64,000 nt of DNA from an uncultured delta proteobacterium (GCA_963767925.1 CAVYGB010000003.1:19734-83733); one strand, 5' to 3'. Positions 19,650-29,345 are shown, counted from the first letter of the stretch. Notes: generated from the letters alone by a model not told the origin. A program made the numbers and translations.

Positions 19650-20476
19650 CCCCTCACCCCGCCCTCTCCCCGCTGCCGCGGGGCGAGGGCGAACAATCAG
19701 CGGTGCCCGGTCATCCTCCGAGAGGTGCTCACGACGGATTAGCCGGAGATTTTCGCCCCCCCCGGGCCGGTCATCCTCCGAGAGGTGCTCACGACGGATT
19801 AGCCGGAGATTTTCGCCCCCCCCGGGCCGGTCATCCTCCGAGAGGTGCTCACGACGGATTAGCCGGAGATTTTCGCCCCCCCCCGGGCCGGTCATCCTCC
19901 GAGAGGTGCTCACGACGGATAAGCCGGAGATTTTCGCCCCCCCCGGGCCGGTCATCCTCCGAGAGGTGCTCACGACGGATAAGCCGGAGATTTTCGCCCC
20001 CCCCCGGGCCGGTCATCCTCCGAGAGGTGCTCACGACGGATAAGCCGGAGATTTTCGCCCCCCCGGGCCGGTCATCCTCCGAGAGGTGCTCACGACGGAT
20101 TAGCCGGAGATTTTCGCCCCCCCCCGGGCCGGTCATCCTCCGAGAGGTGCTCACGACGGATTAGCCGGAGATTTTCGCCCCCCCGGGCCGGTCATCCTCC
20201 GAGAGGTGCTCACGACGGATTAGCCGGAGATTTTCGCCCCCCCCGGGCCGGTCATCCTCCGAGAGGTGCTCACGACGGATTAGCCGGAGATTTTCGCCCC
20301 CCCCGGGCCGGTCATCCTCCGAGAGGTGCTCACGACGGATTAGCCGGAGATTTTCGCCCCCCCCGGGCCGGTCATCCTCCGAGAGGTGCTCACGACGGAT
20401 TAGCCGGAGATTTTCGCCCCCCCCGGGCCGTTCGCCCTCGCCCCGCGCAGCGGGGAGAGGGAGGGGTGAGGGGTCT
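19650..20476. repeat. REP-bracketed element with 12 tandem ~60-bp units
   Basis: Unit ccggtcatcctccgagaggtgctcacgacggat(t/a)agccggagattttcg(c)nggg from 19707 to ~20430, flanked by inverted REPs. Confidence 0.95.
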
Positions 20477-20480
20477 CCGC

Positions 20481-21680
20481 TCAGCCGGGTGGGGTCAGGG
20501 TCTTGCGAGGCGGGTTGAAGAACGGGAGCTTGGCCACCCGGGCCGGCACCCGGTACCTCACCGCCTCCACCGTCACCTCCATCTCCAGCGCCGTGCCCGG
20601 CCGGGCCTGCGCGCTCCCCACCAGGGCCAGGGCGATCAGCTTCTTCAGGGTCGGCGACCAGGTTGTCGAGGTCGCCTTGCCGACCTGGATCCCCGCCGCG
20701 AAGACCGGCACCGCCACCCGGGAGGCGGCCGCCGAGATCGCGGGCGGCAGCCCGACCCGCTCGTAGAGCGCCTCGACCGAGGGCCAGTCCACCTCCAGCC
20801 CCACGATCTGGCGGGCCGGACCGCGGGCCTGCTCGGCCGCCAGGGCCCGCTGGCCCACGAAGCTGCTCTTCGACAGGTCGACCAGCCGCCCCAGCCCCAT
20901 CTCGTAGGGCGAGAAGGTCTGGGCCCCGTTGAGCGCCTTGCGGCTGCTGATGAAGTCCACGTCGAGCAGCAGCAGTCCGGCCTCGATGCGGGCGACGTCG
21001 AGGGCCAGCATGCCGGCCGCGTAGAGGTCGAAGGATCGCCCGGCCTCGACCAGCGCGTCCCAGACCGGCAGGGCCTCGCTGGCCGGGAGCCAGATCTCGT
21101 AGCCCAGGTCGCCGGTGTAGCCGGTGCGGGAGATGTCGACCGGCACCCCGGCGATGCGCCCGCGGGTCACCCGGAAGTACTTGAGCCCGTCGATGTCGGC
21201 CTCGGCCACGTGGCGCAGCAGGCGCGCCGACATGGGGCCCTGCAGGGCGAGGGCGGCCAGGGGCTCGGAGATGTCCTCGATCTCCACCTGCAGCCCCACC
21301 GCGTTCTGGTGGAACCAGCGCAGGTTCGGCTCCGCCGCCGTCCAGCGGTAGACGTCCGGCTCCAGGCGGGCCACGGTGCCGTCGTCGAGGACCTTGCCCC
21401 GCTCGTCGCACCAGGGGGTGTAGATCACCTGGCCGACGCCCACCTTGCCGAGGTCCCGCGTGATGATCCGGTCGACCAGGCGGGTGGCGTCGCGCCCGCT
21501 CAGCCGGTACTTGTAGAGCGGGCTGATGTCGATGAGGGCGGCGGCGTTGCGGATGGCGTTGTATTCGTGCTCGTGGTGCGGCTCGTAGGAGCTGACGGCG
21601 TAGTAGCCGGACCACTCGCGGTAGTTGAGGCTCTCGCACAGCGAGAAGGTGCGGGCGTGAAAGGCGGTTCCGATCGGCAT
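20481..21680 (-). CDS. Aminomethyltransferase family protein (GcvT-like)
   Basis: EYNAIRNAAALIDISPLYK, GKVLDDG, SRTGYTGDLGYEIW, ARIEAG. Confidence 0.9.
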   Translation of the reverse strand: MPIGTAFHARTFSLCESLNYREWSGYYAVSSYEPHHEHEYNAIRNAAALIDISPLYKYRLSGRDATRLVDRIITRDLGKVGVGQVIYTPWCDERGKVLDDGTVARLEPDVYRWTAAEPNLRWFHQNAVGLQVEIEDISEPLAALALQGPMSARLLRHVAEADIDGLKYFRVTRGRIAGVPVDISRTGYTGDLGYEIWLPASEALPVWDALVEAGRSFDLYAAGMLALDVARIEAGLLLLDVDFISSRKALNGAQTFSPYEMGLGRLVDLSKSSFVGQRALAAEQARGPARQIVGLEVDWPSVEALYERVGLPPAISAAASRVAVPVFAAGIQVGKATSTTWSPTLKKLIALALVGSAQARPGTALEMEVTVEAVRYRVPARVAKLPFFNPPRKTLTPPG

Positions 21681-21695
21681 GTGTCCTCGCGGGGG

Positions 21696-23402
21696 TCAGC
21701 CCAGGTCCCTGAGGATCTCTCGGCTGGCGTTGGCGCCCGAGGCGCCGGTGATCAACCCGGCGCCCCCGGGGTGGGTCCCCGAGCCGCACAGGTACAGGCG
21801 GGCGACGGGGCTGCGGTAGCGCGCCCAGCCGACCAGCGGCCGGAAGGCGAAGAGCTGGTCGAGGGCCGGCTCGCCGTGCAGCAGGTGCCCGCCGCTGAGG
21901 CCGTACTCGCGCTCGAGGTCGAGGGGGGTGAGCACCTGCTGCCCCACGATCACCTTCGGCAGGTCGGGGGCGTATTCGGCCAGGGTCTCGATCACCACCC
22001 GGGCCACCTCCTCGCGTTGCCGCTCCAGGGCGAGGTCGAGGTGGGCGCCGTCGTGGCCGTGGCCGTGGCGCTTGTCGGCGCCGTTGCCGGTGCCGTGCCC
22101 GTTGCCATGGCCGTTGCCGTGCCCGTTCCGGCGGCCGGTAGCGTCGGGCAGGTAGGGGACGAACTGGGCGTGGATCGACATCACGTGGCCACCGGAGGGG
22201 GCCAGGCCGGGATCGAGCAGAGTGGGGATGCTGACGTCGAGGTAGGGCCGGGGCGAGATCTCCCCGTATTTGGCGGCGTCGTAGGCCCGCTCGAGGTAGT
22301 CGATGCTGGGGCCGATGTGGATGCGCCCGCTCAGCGCCTCCACCCCGGTGTTGTCGCCGAGGGGCGTGCGGGTCTTCCAGCGCGGCAGCCGCGACAGCGC
22401 CAGGTTGACCTTGGCCGCGGTGCCCACGCAGCGGTAGTTGCGGATCTTCCCCACGAACTCGGGGCCCAGGGTGGCGGCGTCGAGCAGGCCCAGGAAGGTG
22501 CGGTGGGGATCGGCGCTCGACACGACCGCGGAGGCGGCGATCTCCTCGCCGCTGTCGAGCACCACTCCGGTGGCGGCCCCGCCCCGGACGGCGATGTGGG
22601 CCACCCGGGCGCCCGTGCGGATCTCCGCGCCGGCCGCCCGCGCGGCGGCGGCCAGGGCGTCGCTGAGCGCGCCCATGCCGCCCTTCGGGAACAGGGCGGG
22701 GGCGGTGGCCTGCCCGTCGAGGGCGGCCTGCAGCAGGATGCCCACGCTGGTGCCGGCCGAGCGGGGCCCGGCGAAGCTGGCGTGGATGCCGCGGGCGGCG
22801 ATGGCCGCCCGCAGGAGCTCGCTCTCGAACCACTCGCTGGCGAAGTCGGAGACCGCCATGGGTCCCCAGCGGATCACCCGGTAGGCGTCGCGCTTGCCCA
22901 GCCCGCGCACGCGCTTGCCGAGCTTCAGCAGGTTCCACAGGTCGCGGCCGCTGGGATCGCCGGTGTCGGGCGGGGTCATCGACAGCAGGGGGGCCAGGGC
23001 GCCGCCGATGCGGGCCAGGGTGGCGGCGAACTCGGGGTAGACCTCGGCGTCGCGCCCGCCGAGGGCCTTGAGGTCGGCGGCGGTCTGCCCGGGGTCGTCG
23101 CGCAGGGCCAGCGAGGGGCCGTCGAGCGCGGGGGCGAACAGCCGCACCTTCGGCACCAGCCACTGCAGCCCGTGCCGTTCGAGGGCCAGCTCGCGCGCCA
23201 CCCGGGGCAGCAGGGGACCGGCCGAGTGGGTCACGGTGGGGCAGCGGAAGCCGGGGTGGATCTCCTCGGTGACCGCCCGCCCGCCCACGGTGGCGCGCGC
23301 CTCCAGCACCACCGGCCGCAGCCCGGCCCGGGCCAGGTAGGCGGCGGTGGTGAGGCCGTTGGGCCCCGCGCCGATGACGACGACCGTGCGATCGCGGGCC
23401 AT
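21696..23402 (-). CDS. Phytoene-desaturase-like FAD/NAD(P) oxidoreductase
   Basis: IGAGPNGLTTAAYLARAG, PKGGMGA, LYLCGSGTHPG; carries a His/Gly-rich insertion. Confidence 0.88.
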   Translation of the reverse strand: MARDRTVVVIGAGPNGLTTAAYLARAGLRPVVLEARATVGGRAVTEEIHPGFRCPTVTHSAGPLLPRVARELALERHGLQWLVPKVRLFAPALDGPSLALRDDPGQTAADLKALGGRDAEVYPEFAATLARIGGALAPLLSMTPPDTGDPSGRDLWNLLKLGKRVRGLGKRDAYRVIRWGPMAVSDFASEWFESELLRAAIAARGIHASFAGPRSAGTSVGILLQAALDGQATAPALFPKGGMGALSDALAAAARAAGAEIRTGARVAHIAVRGGAATGVVLDSGEEIAASAVVSSADPHRTFLGLLDAATLGPEFVGKIRNYRCVGTAAKVNLALSRLPRWKTRTPLGDNTGVEALSGRIHIGPSIDYLERAYDAAKYGEISPRPYLDVSIPTLLDPGLAPSGGHVMSIHAQFVPYLPDATGRRNGHGNGHGNGHGTGNGADKRHGHGHDGAHLDLALERQREEVARVVIETLAEYAPDLPKVIVGQQVLTPLDLEREYGLSGGHLLHGEPALDQLFAFRPLVGWARYRSPVARLYLCGSGTHPGGAGLITGASGANASREILRDLG

Positions 23403-23404
23403 CG

Positions 23405-24985
23405 TCAGACCGCCTCGCGCAGGATGCGCTCGGCCGCGTTCCGGCCGGGCGCTCCCATGATGCCGCCGCCGGGATGGGTGGCCGAGCCGCACATGTACAG
23501 GTTGCGCACGGGCGTGCGGTACTGGGCCCAGCCGGGGGCGGGCCGCAGGAAGAAGAGCTGCTCGAGGGTCAGCTCGCCCTGGAAGATGTTCCCCTCGGAC
23601 AGCCCGGTCTGTCGTTCGATGTCGAGGGGGGTGAGCACCTGCCGGTGCAAGATGAGGTCCTTCAGGTTGGGGGCGTATTCGCTGATGGTGTCGATCACGG
23701 TGTCGCCGAAGGCCTTCCGGTTGGCGTCCCAGCTCCCCTCCTTGAGGTCGTAGGGGGCGTATTGCACGAAGCAGGACATCACGTGTTTGCCGGCCGGCGC
23801 CACCGAGGGATCGGTGAGGCTGGGGATCACGATGTCGATGTAAGGGCGGCGCGAGTAGCGCCCGTATTTGGCCTCGTCGTAGGCCCGCTCCATGTATTCG
23901 ACGCTGGGGGAGATGGAGATGGCGCCGCGCAGGTGGGCCCCGGGGCCGGGCAGGCACTTGAAGTCGGGCAGCCCGTCGAGGGCCAGGTTCACCTTGCCCG
24001 ACGAGCCCCGGAACTTGTAGCGGGTGATGTCCTCGACGAAGGGGCCCGGCAGGTGCTCCTGCCCCACCAGGCGCAGGAAGGTGAGGCGGGGATCCAGACT
24101 GGAGGCCACCACCTTGGCGGTGATCTCGTCGCCGTTGTCGAGCACCACCCCGCCGGCGGCCCCGTTTTTCATGAGGATGCGGGCCACCGGGGTCTCGGTG
24201 CGGATCTCGACGCCCGCCTCGACGGCGGCGGCGGCGATGGCCCCGGAGATCGCCCCCGTCCCACCCCGGGGCAGGCCCCAGGAGCGGAAGGCGCCGTCGA
24301 TCTCGCCCATGTAGTGGTGCAGCAGCACATAGGCCGTGCCGGGCGAGCGCACCCCTTGAAAGGTGCCGATGATGCCCGAGGCGGCCATGGTGGCCTTGAG
24401 GACGTCGGTCTCGAACCACTGGTCGAGCAGATCGATCGCGCTCTTGGTGAGGAGCTGCACCTGGTTGTAGCGGGCGTCCTCCGACAGCGCCCCGAAGCGG
24501 CGGCCCAGCCCGAGGAGCTGCTTGAGGGAGGCGGGGTTCAACGAGGTGGGATCGGGCGGGGTCATGCCGAGGATCGGCTTGACGAAGCGGCCCATCTCCA
24601 CCATCGCCTTGCCGTATTCGTCGTAGGCCTCGGCGTCGAGGCGCGAGTGGCGGGCGATCTCCCGGTGGGTGCGGGCGTGGTCGTTCATGCGCCACAGGTA
24701 GTTGCCGTCGGGCATGGGGGTGAAGGTCCCATCGAGCGGCAGGATCTCGAGGCCGTGCCGGGGCAGATCCAGCTCGCGGATGATCTCCGGGCGCAGCAGG
24801 GAGACGACGTAGGAGAAGACCGAGAAGCGGAAGCCGGGGAACACCTCCTCGGTGATGGCGGCCCCGCCCAGCAGGTGCCGCCGCTCCAGCACGAGGACCT
24901 TGCGCCCGGCCCGGGCCAGGTAGGCGGCCGCCACCAGCCCGTTGTGGCCGCCGCCCACGACGATGACGTCGTAGTGGCGTTTCAT
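23405..24985 (-). CDS. Phytoene-desaturase-like FAD/NAD(P) oxidoreductase
   Basis: VGGGHNGLVAAAYLARAG, GNIFQGEL, LYMCGSATHPGGG. Confidence 0.9.
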   Translation of the reverse strand: MKRHYDVIVVGGGHNGLVAAAYLARAGRKVLVLERRHLLGGAAITEEVFPGFRFSVFSYVVSLLRPEIIRELDLPRHGLEILPLDGTFTPMPDGNYLWRMNDHARTHREIARHSRLDAEAYDEYGKAMVEMGRFVKPILGMTPPDPTSLNPASLKQLLGLGRRFGALSEDARYNQVQLLTKSAIDLLDQWFETDVLKATMAASGIIGTFQGVRSPGTAYVLLHHYMGEIDGAFRSWGLPRGGTGAISGAIAAAAVEAGVEIRTETPVARILMKNGAAGGVVLDNGDEITAKVVASSLDPRLTFLRLVGQEHLPGPFVEDITRYKFRGSSGKVNLALDGLPDFKCLPGPGAHLRGAISISPSVEYMERAYDEAKYGRYSRRPYIDIVIPSLTDPSVAPAGKHVMSCFVQYAPYDLKEGSWDANRKAFGDTVIDTISEYAPNLKDLILHRQVLTPLDIERQTGLSEGNIFQGELTLEQLFFLRPAPGWAQYRTPVRNLYMCGSATHPGGGIMGAPGRNAAERILREAV

Positions 24986-26118
24986 GGCAGCACCTCGAGC
25001 CCGGGCTCGCCCACCCGCTCCACCACCCAGCGGTCGAAGGCTGCGAGCATCTCCTCCCGGTTGGAGTAGGGGCCGGGCCGGTAGCCCCGCGAGCGGATGC
25101 CGGCCTGGGCCAGGTCGGACAGCTCCCAGTCCTGGCGGTTGGTCAGATCCCAGAAGTCGACCGCGTCCGAGGGGTCGAAGCCGGGGCGCTGCACCTCGCT
25201 CTCGTGGAACAGCCACTCACATTCGATGTCGGTGCGATCGACCCCCCGGGGATCGAAGCGGAAGGTGACGACGTAGTCCGGGTGCAGGTTGATCAGCATG
25301 TTGGGCAAGATCGCGTAGTAGTGGACGGTGCGCAGCTCGTGCGGCTCGAGGCGGGGCAGGGGGCGGCGCCGGGCCTGGACGCTGGTGCTGAGGGTGGTGA
25401 CCCCCTCGCGCAGATCCATGCGCGAGCCCAGGTAGGTCGGCTGGGGCGGCTCGTTCTCCCCGCTCAGGTAGTGCGAGACGCGGTTGAGCTGGGGGTGGGC
25501 GGTCGGGCAGTGCAGGCACTCGTGGTAGTTCTGGACGATGAGCTTCCAGTTGGCCCGCACCTCGTAGCGGCGGTGGTCGGCGACCCGCAGCTCGTCCATG
25601 GCGTAGTTGGCGAAGCGCCGGTCGAGGTCGGCGAGGTGCTCGGCGAAGGGGACGGGCCGGGGCGACAGGTTGATGAAGACGTTCCCCGCCCAGGTGGCCA
25701 CCGCGACCGGGCCCAGGGGGTAGTCGGCCTCCAGGAAGCCGCGCACCTTCTCCATGTGGGGCGCCTGGGCCAGGGTGCCGTCGAGGCGGTAGGTCCAGGC
25801 GTGGTAGGGACAGCGGATCCGGCCGGGCAGGCTGCCCCGCTGCTCGCTGCACAGGCGGGTGCCCCGGTGGCGGCACACGTTGTGGAAGGCCCGCACCTGG
25901 CCGCGCTCGTCGCGCAGCACCAGCACCTCGGCGTCGGCGATCGGGAACAGGAAGTAGTCCCCCGGCCGGGGGATGCGGTCGGCCCGCCCCGCGTAGAGCC
26001 ACATCTCGAGGTGGATGCGCTCGAGCTCGCGCCGGTACCAGGCCGGGTCGGTGTAGACCCGGGCCGGCAGGGTCCTGGTGCCGGCGTCGCTGATCGGGCG
26101 GTCGTTGACCGGGATCAA
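24982..26118 (-). CDS. Rieske non-heme iron oxygenase alpha subunit (betaine/choline-oxygenase-like)
   Basis: NVCRHRG...CPYHAW Rieske motif, NWKL..QNYHECLHCPTAH, QD; TTG start overlaps IclR stop. Confidence 0.9.
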   Translation of the reverse strand: MIPVNDRPISDAGTRTLPARVYTDPAWYRRELERIHLEMWLYAGRADRIPRPGDYFLFPIADAEVLVLRDERGQVRAFHNVCRHRGTRLCSEQRGSLPGRIRCPYHAWTYRLDGTLAQAPHMEKVRGFLEADYPLGPVAVATWAGNVFINLSPRPVPFAEHLADLDRRFANYAMDELRVADHRRYEVRANWKLIVQNYHECLHCPTAHPQLNRVSHYLSGENEPPQPTYLGSRMDLREGVTTLSTSVQARRRPLPRLEPHELRTVHYYAILPNMLINLHPDYVVTFRFDPRGVDRTDIECEWLFHESEVQRPGFDPSDAVDFWDLTNRQDWELSDLAQAGIRSRGYRPGPYSNREEMLAAFDRWVVERVGEPGLEVLP

Positions 26119-26888
26119 GGCCGCCTCCAGCCGAGGCGCTCGGAGATGCTGTCGGCGGCGGCGGGCAGATCGCGGGCGATGCGGGCGACAACCGCCGGGG
26201 TGAACCGGCTGCGGGGACCACCCACGCTCACGGCGGCGATGATCGCCCCGGCGCCGGCCCGCACCGGGGCGCCGACCGCCACGAAGCCGGGCTCCAGCTC
26301 CTCCACGCTGGTGGCGTAGCCGCGCGCGTCCACCCGGGCCAGCTCGCGGCGCAGGGCGGTGGGGGTCACGATGGTGCGGGGGGTGAAGGCGGCCAGCGGG
26401 GAGCGGGTGCGCTCCTGCCGCTCGTCCTCGCCCAGCCCGGCCAGGAGCACCTTGCCGGTCGAGGTGGCGTGCGCCGGCCAGCGGGTGCCCAGCGAGGGCA
26501 TGGCCGCGATCACGTGGCTGCCCACCACCTCGTCGACGATGAGCACCTCGTCGTCGACGAGCACCTCGAGGGTGATGGTCTCGCGGGTGGCCGCCGCCAG
26601 CGCCAGCAGGGCCGGCCGCCCCGCGGCCAGCAGGGCGCGGCTGCCGAGGGCCTGCCCGGCCAGCCGTGCCACCTCCGCCCCGATCTGGTAGGCCTCGCCG
26701 TCGGCGGTCCGCTCCACCAGCCCCGCGCTCTCCAGCGCCGACAGCAGGCGGAAGGCGGTGGTCTTGTTGAGGTCCACCGCCCGGGCCAGGTCCGACAGCC
26801 GCCGGCCCGGTCCGCCCTGCCCACAAGCCTTCAGCAAGCGGACGGCCCGCTGGACCGCCTGCGTTCCCGGATAAGCTGCCTGTTTCAT
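26115..26888 (-). CDS. IclR family transcriptional regulator
   Basis: HTH LNKTTAFRLLSALE; HATSTGKVLLA; GYATSVEE. Confidence 0.92.
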   Translation of the reverse strand: MKQAAYPGTQAVQRAVRLLKACGQGGPGRRLSDLARAVDLNKTTAFRLLSALESAGLVERTADGEAYQIGAEVARLAGQALGSRALLAAGRPALLALAAATRETITLEVLVDDEVLIVDEVVGSHVIAAMPSLGTRWPAHATSTGKVLLAGLGEDERQERTRSPLAAFTPRTIVTPTALRRELARVDARGYATSVEELEPGFVAVGAPVRAGAGAIIAAVSVGGPRSRFTPAVVARIARDLPAAADSISERLGWRRP

Positions 26889-26899
26889 ATTGTGAAACA
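26881..26899. promoter_or_regulatory. Palindrome TGTTTCA-N5-TGAAACA over the IclR start codon (likely IclR operator)
   Basis: tgtttcatattgtgaaaca, an AT-rich perfect 7-bp IR in GC-rich DNA. Confidence 0.65.
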
Positions 26900-27020
26900 C
26901 CCAGTGCGCATCCTGAAACCGGACCGTAGCCGAGCCCCCGGCCAGGGTCAACCGCGCGCCGGCTGGCCATGCCGTTCGGTCAGGCGGAGCTTCACCTCTC
27001 CGGCGGGGCGCCGCGCCTAT

Positions 27021-27080
27021 CACCTCTCCCCGCGGTCTTCCGTGGGAGAGGTCGGCGCGTCTGCGCGCCGGGTGAGGGGC
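27021..27080. repeat. Solitary REP-like palindrome (related copies at ~5440-5530, ~31478-31510, ~50648-50680)
   Basis: cacctctccc..gggagaggtcggcgcgtctgcgcgccgggtgagggg; near-identical tail at 5474-5503. Confidence 0.6.
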
Positions 27081-27122
27081 CTCCGGCCTGGCCCCCCCCT
27101 CGCCCAACCAGGCGGGATCTTT

Positions 27123-27929
27123 CTACTCGGCTTCGCGCAGCGTATCGAAGAGGCGCTCGGCGATCAGCTCGTGCCCGCGAGGGCCGGGGTGGAAGCGGTC
27201 GCCCGCCAGGCGTTCGGGGCGCTCGGCGAACAGATCCGCCACCGGGACCACCAGGACGTCCTTGTAGTCGAAGGTCGCCCGCTCGAGGGCGCTGTTCCAG
27301 GCCAGGAGCTGCGCCCGCACCTGGGCCTCGGCCGAGGGGAGCACCTCGAAGGGGTTGTAAAGCCCGATCATCCGGATGGGGGCCGTCGGGTTGGCCGTCC
27401 GGATGCGGGTGAGGATCTGCTTGAGGTTGGTGCTGGCCTGGTTCAGGGACACGTCCGACTGCAGCGGGTCGCCCAGGCCGTCCTCGTCCATCCGGCCCCG
27501 CAGGCCGTGGGTCAGGTCGTTGCCCCCGATCGACATGAGGATGAGCTGCGCCTCGCCGATCCGTTGCAACGTTTCCGGGGAGTCGAGCTTGCGCAGCAGG
27601 TCCGAGGTCTCGTCGCCCGGCTCGGCCAGGTTGTTGAGGCTGACCCGGCGGCCCCGATCGCGCAGCTCCTCGACAAGCCGTCCGACGTACCCTCGCTCGG
27701 GCGCGTCGCCGATGCCGTCGGTGACCGAGTCGCCGATCGCCACCACCCGGAAGCCCCCGCTGCCCCAGCCGCGTCCGGCCGCCGCCGCCGGCGGGGGACC
27801 CAGCCGGTCGCCGAACCCGGCGGTCAGGGCGAGATAAAAGCCGATGCCGACGACGACAGCGGAAAACGCTCCCATCGCGACGGGGATGAACCAATCGAGC
27901 GCGCGCCGGCCTGACACGTGCGCTAGCAT
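27123..27929 (-). CDS. GDSL/SGNH hydrolase, membrane anchored
   Basis: IGDSVT, SIGGND, IGLYNPF, DRFHP. Confidence 0.88.
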   Translation of the reverse strand: MLAHVSGRRALDWFIPVAMGAFSAVVVGIGFYLALTAGFGDRLGPPPAAAAGRGWGSGGFRVVAIGDSVTDGIGDAPERGYVGRLVEELRDRGRRVSLNNLAEPGDETSDLLRKLDSPETLQRIGEAQLILMSIGGNDLTHGLRGRMDEDGLGDPLQSDVSLNQASTNLKQILTRIRTANPTAPIRMIGLYNPFEVLPSAEAQVRAQLLAWNSALERATFDYKDVLVVPVADLFAERPERLAGDRFHPGPRGHELIAERLFDTLREAE

Positions 27930-27939
27930 GACATAACCA

Positions 27940-29025
27940 ATGTCGCTGTCGCCTGATCTGCCCGAGGAACGTGGCGCCGCCCCGGCCGGCGCCGCCCCCC
28001 GTGCGGCCGCCGCTCCCGCGGCCGGCCCGGTCCCGCGCCCCTTCGTCGGCCTCGTCGAGAACGAGTGTCTCAAGCTCCTGCGCCGCAAGCGCCCCCAGCT
28101 CGTGTTCCTGGTGCTCGCCATCTTCCTCGGCATCTCGACCTGGGCCCAGTGGCGCCAGCAGACCATGCGCGAGCGCGTCAGCCCCGACGAGGACTGGCGC
28201 CCGCGCACCGAGCGCCGGCTGGCCAACGCCGAGCGCCGCATGCAGACCCGCCGGATCTTCGTGGGTGTGAACCGCACGCTCCGCTTCGAGGCCGTGCGCC
28301 TCCGCTACCACCTCGAGCGCGACATCAACCCCGACGAGCGCACCGGGCCCCTCTTCTCCCGGGCCTTCGCCGCCGTGGCGAGCGCCCTGCTGCTGCCCCT
28401 GCTGGTCACGGTGCTGGTCGCCGACCTGGTCTCCTCCGAGCGCAGCGCCGGCACCATCAAGATGTTGCTCACCCGCCCGGTAAGCCGGTCGCGCGTGCTG
28501 GCCTCCAAGCTGACCGCCATGGCGATCTTCACCAGCAGCCTGGTGCTGGCCTCCGCCGTGCTGTCCTGGCTGATCGCCGGCCTGGCCTTCGGCTGGCAAG
28601 GCTTCGACGCCCCGGTGCTCACCGGCTTCCGCTTCGCCCTCGACGGCCCCGATCTGACCAACGTTCGCATGGCGCCGCTCTGGATCGACACCCTGGCGGC
28701 CTACGGCCTGGTCTGGTTCTCGGCCCTCACCGTGGGCGCCATCGGGGTCACGTTTTCGGTGCTGTTCCGCTCCACCGCCGCCGCCATGGGCACCCTGCTG
28801 GCTCTGGTTGTCTCGGGCGTCCTGCTCGGCCAGCTCGCCTCCGACTGGGAGCCGACCAAGTGGATCTTCGTGACCAACCTGCCGCTCGCCCAGTTCTACT
28901 CGGGCGTCCCCCCGCCCGTGGCCGGCATGACCCTCGGCCACTCGGTCGCCGTGCTCGCCGCCTGGGGCGTCGCCGCCATCGCCGTCGGGATGTTCGTGTT
29001 CAGCCGGCGCGACGTCACGGCCTGA
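27940..29025 (+). CDS. ABC-2 type transporter permease
   Basis: VENECLKL, ADLVSSERSAGTIKMLLTRPVSRSRVLASK, FSRRDV. Confidence 0.88.
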   Translation: MSLSPDLPEERGAAPAGAAPRAAAAPAAGPVPRPFVGLVENECLKLLRRKRPQLVFLVLAIFLGISTWAQWRQQTMRERVSPDEDWRPRTERRLANAERRMQTRRIFVGVNRTLRFEAVRLRYHLERDINPDERTGPLFSRAFAAVASALLLPLLVTVLVADLVSSERSAGTIKMLLTRPVSRSRVLASKLTAMAIFTSSLVLASAVLSWLIAGLAFGWQGFDAPVLTGFRFALDGPDLTNVRMAPLWIDTLAAYGLVWFSALTVGAIGVTFSVLFRSTAAAMGTLLALVVSGVLLGQLASDWEPTKWIFVTNLPLAQFYSGVPPPVAGMTLGHSVAVLAAWGVAAIAVGMFVFSRRDVTA

Positions 29026-29049
29026 TCGGGCGGTCCCGCGGCGCCCGCC

Positions 29050-29225
29050 TCCTTCAGGGGCGGCGCCGCTCCCGGATCAGCGTCTCGACGCCGTAGAGCA
29101 GGCGCTGCAGGCCGAAGGCGAGGGTGTCGTTCTCGGGGGCGGCGGGCGCGCCGGCGAGGATGCGGGCCAGGTTCTCGAAGCGGCCGTCGCTCGACAGCCG
29201 CTCGAGGAGCTGCCGCGTAGTCGGC
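29050..29225 (-). pseudogene. Remnant of a TetR-family C-terminal domain
   Basis: Manual translation QLLERLSSDGRFENLARILAG...DTLAFGLQRLLYGVETLIRER; no HTH or start. Confidence 0.5.
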
Positions 29226-29345
29226 CGGTGCGTTCAGACGTGCCCAACCCGAACGTACTTCGTCCACGGGCTTTCGGGCCGGACAGCAAACGAAAAAACC
29301 CTCCCCCTCCCGGACACCGGGAGGAGGAGGTGGGTGGCGCGCTTG

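Noticed and set aside
19707..20430. CRISPR array
   Set aside because: Units are identical end to end with no unique spacers, no leader and no cas genes.
20161..23163. 1000-aa ORF ending in GGGENLRLIRREHLSEDDRP repeats
   Set aside because: Off-frame shadow of real genes running into the non-coding array; C-run variation breaks the frame.
20466..23753. Long antisense ORFs (this one and many like it, e.g. 1728-3746, 40032-42419)
   Set aside because: Typical high-GC shadow frames opposite genes with clear motifs.
21696..24985. Carotenoid biosynthesis (crtI)
   Set aside because: No crtB/crtE/crtY; the context is Rieske/GcvT/IclR catabolism.
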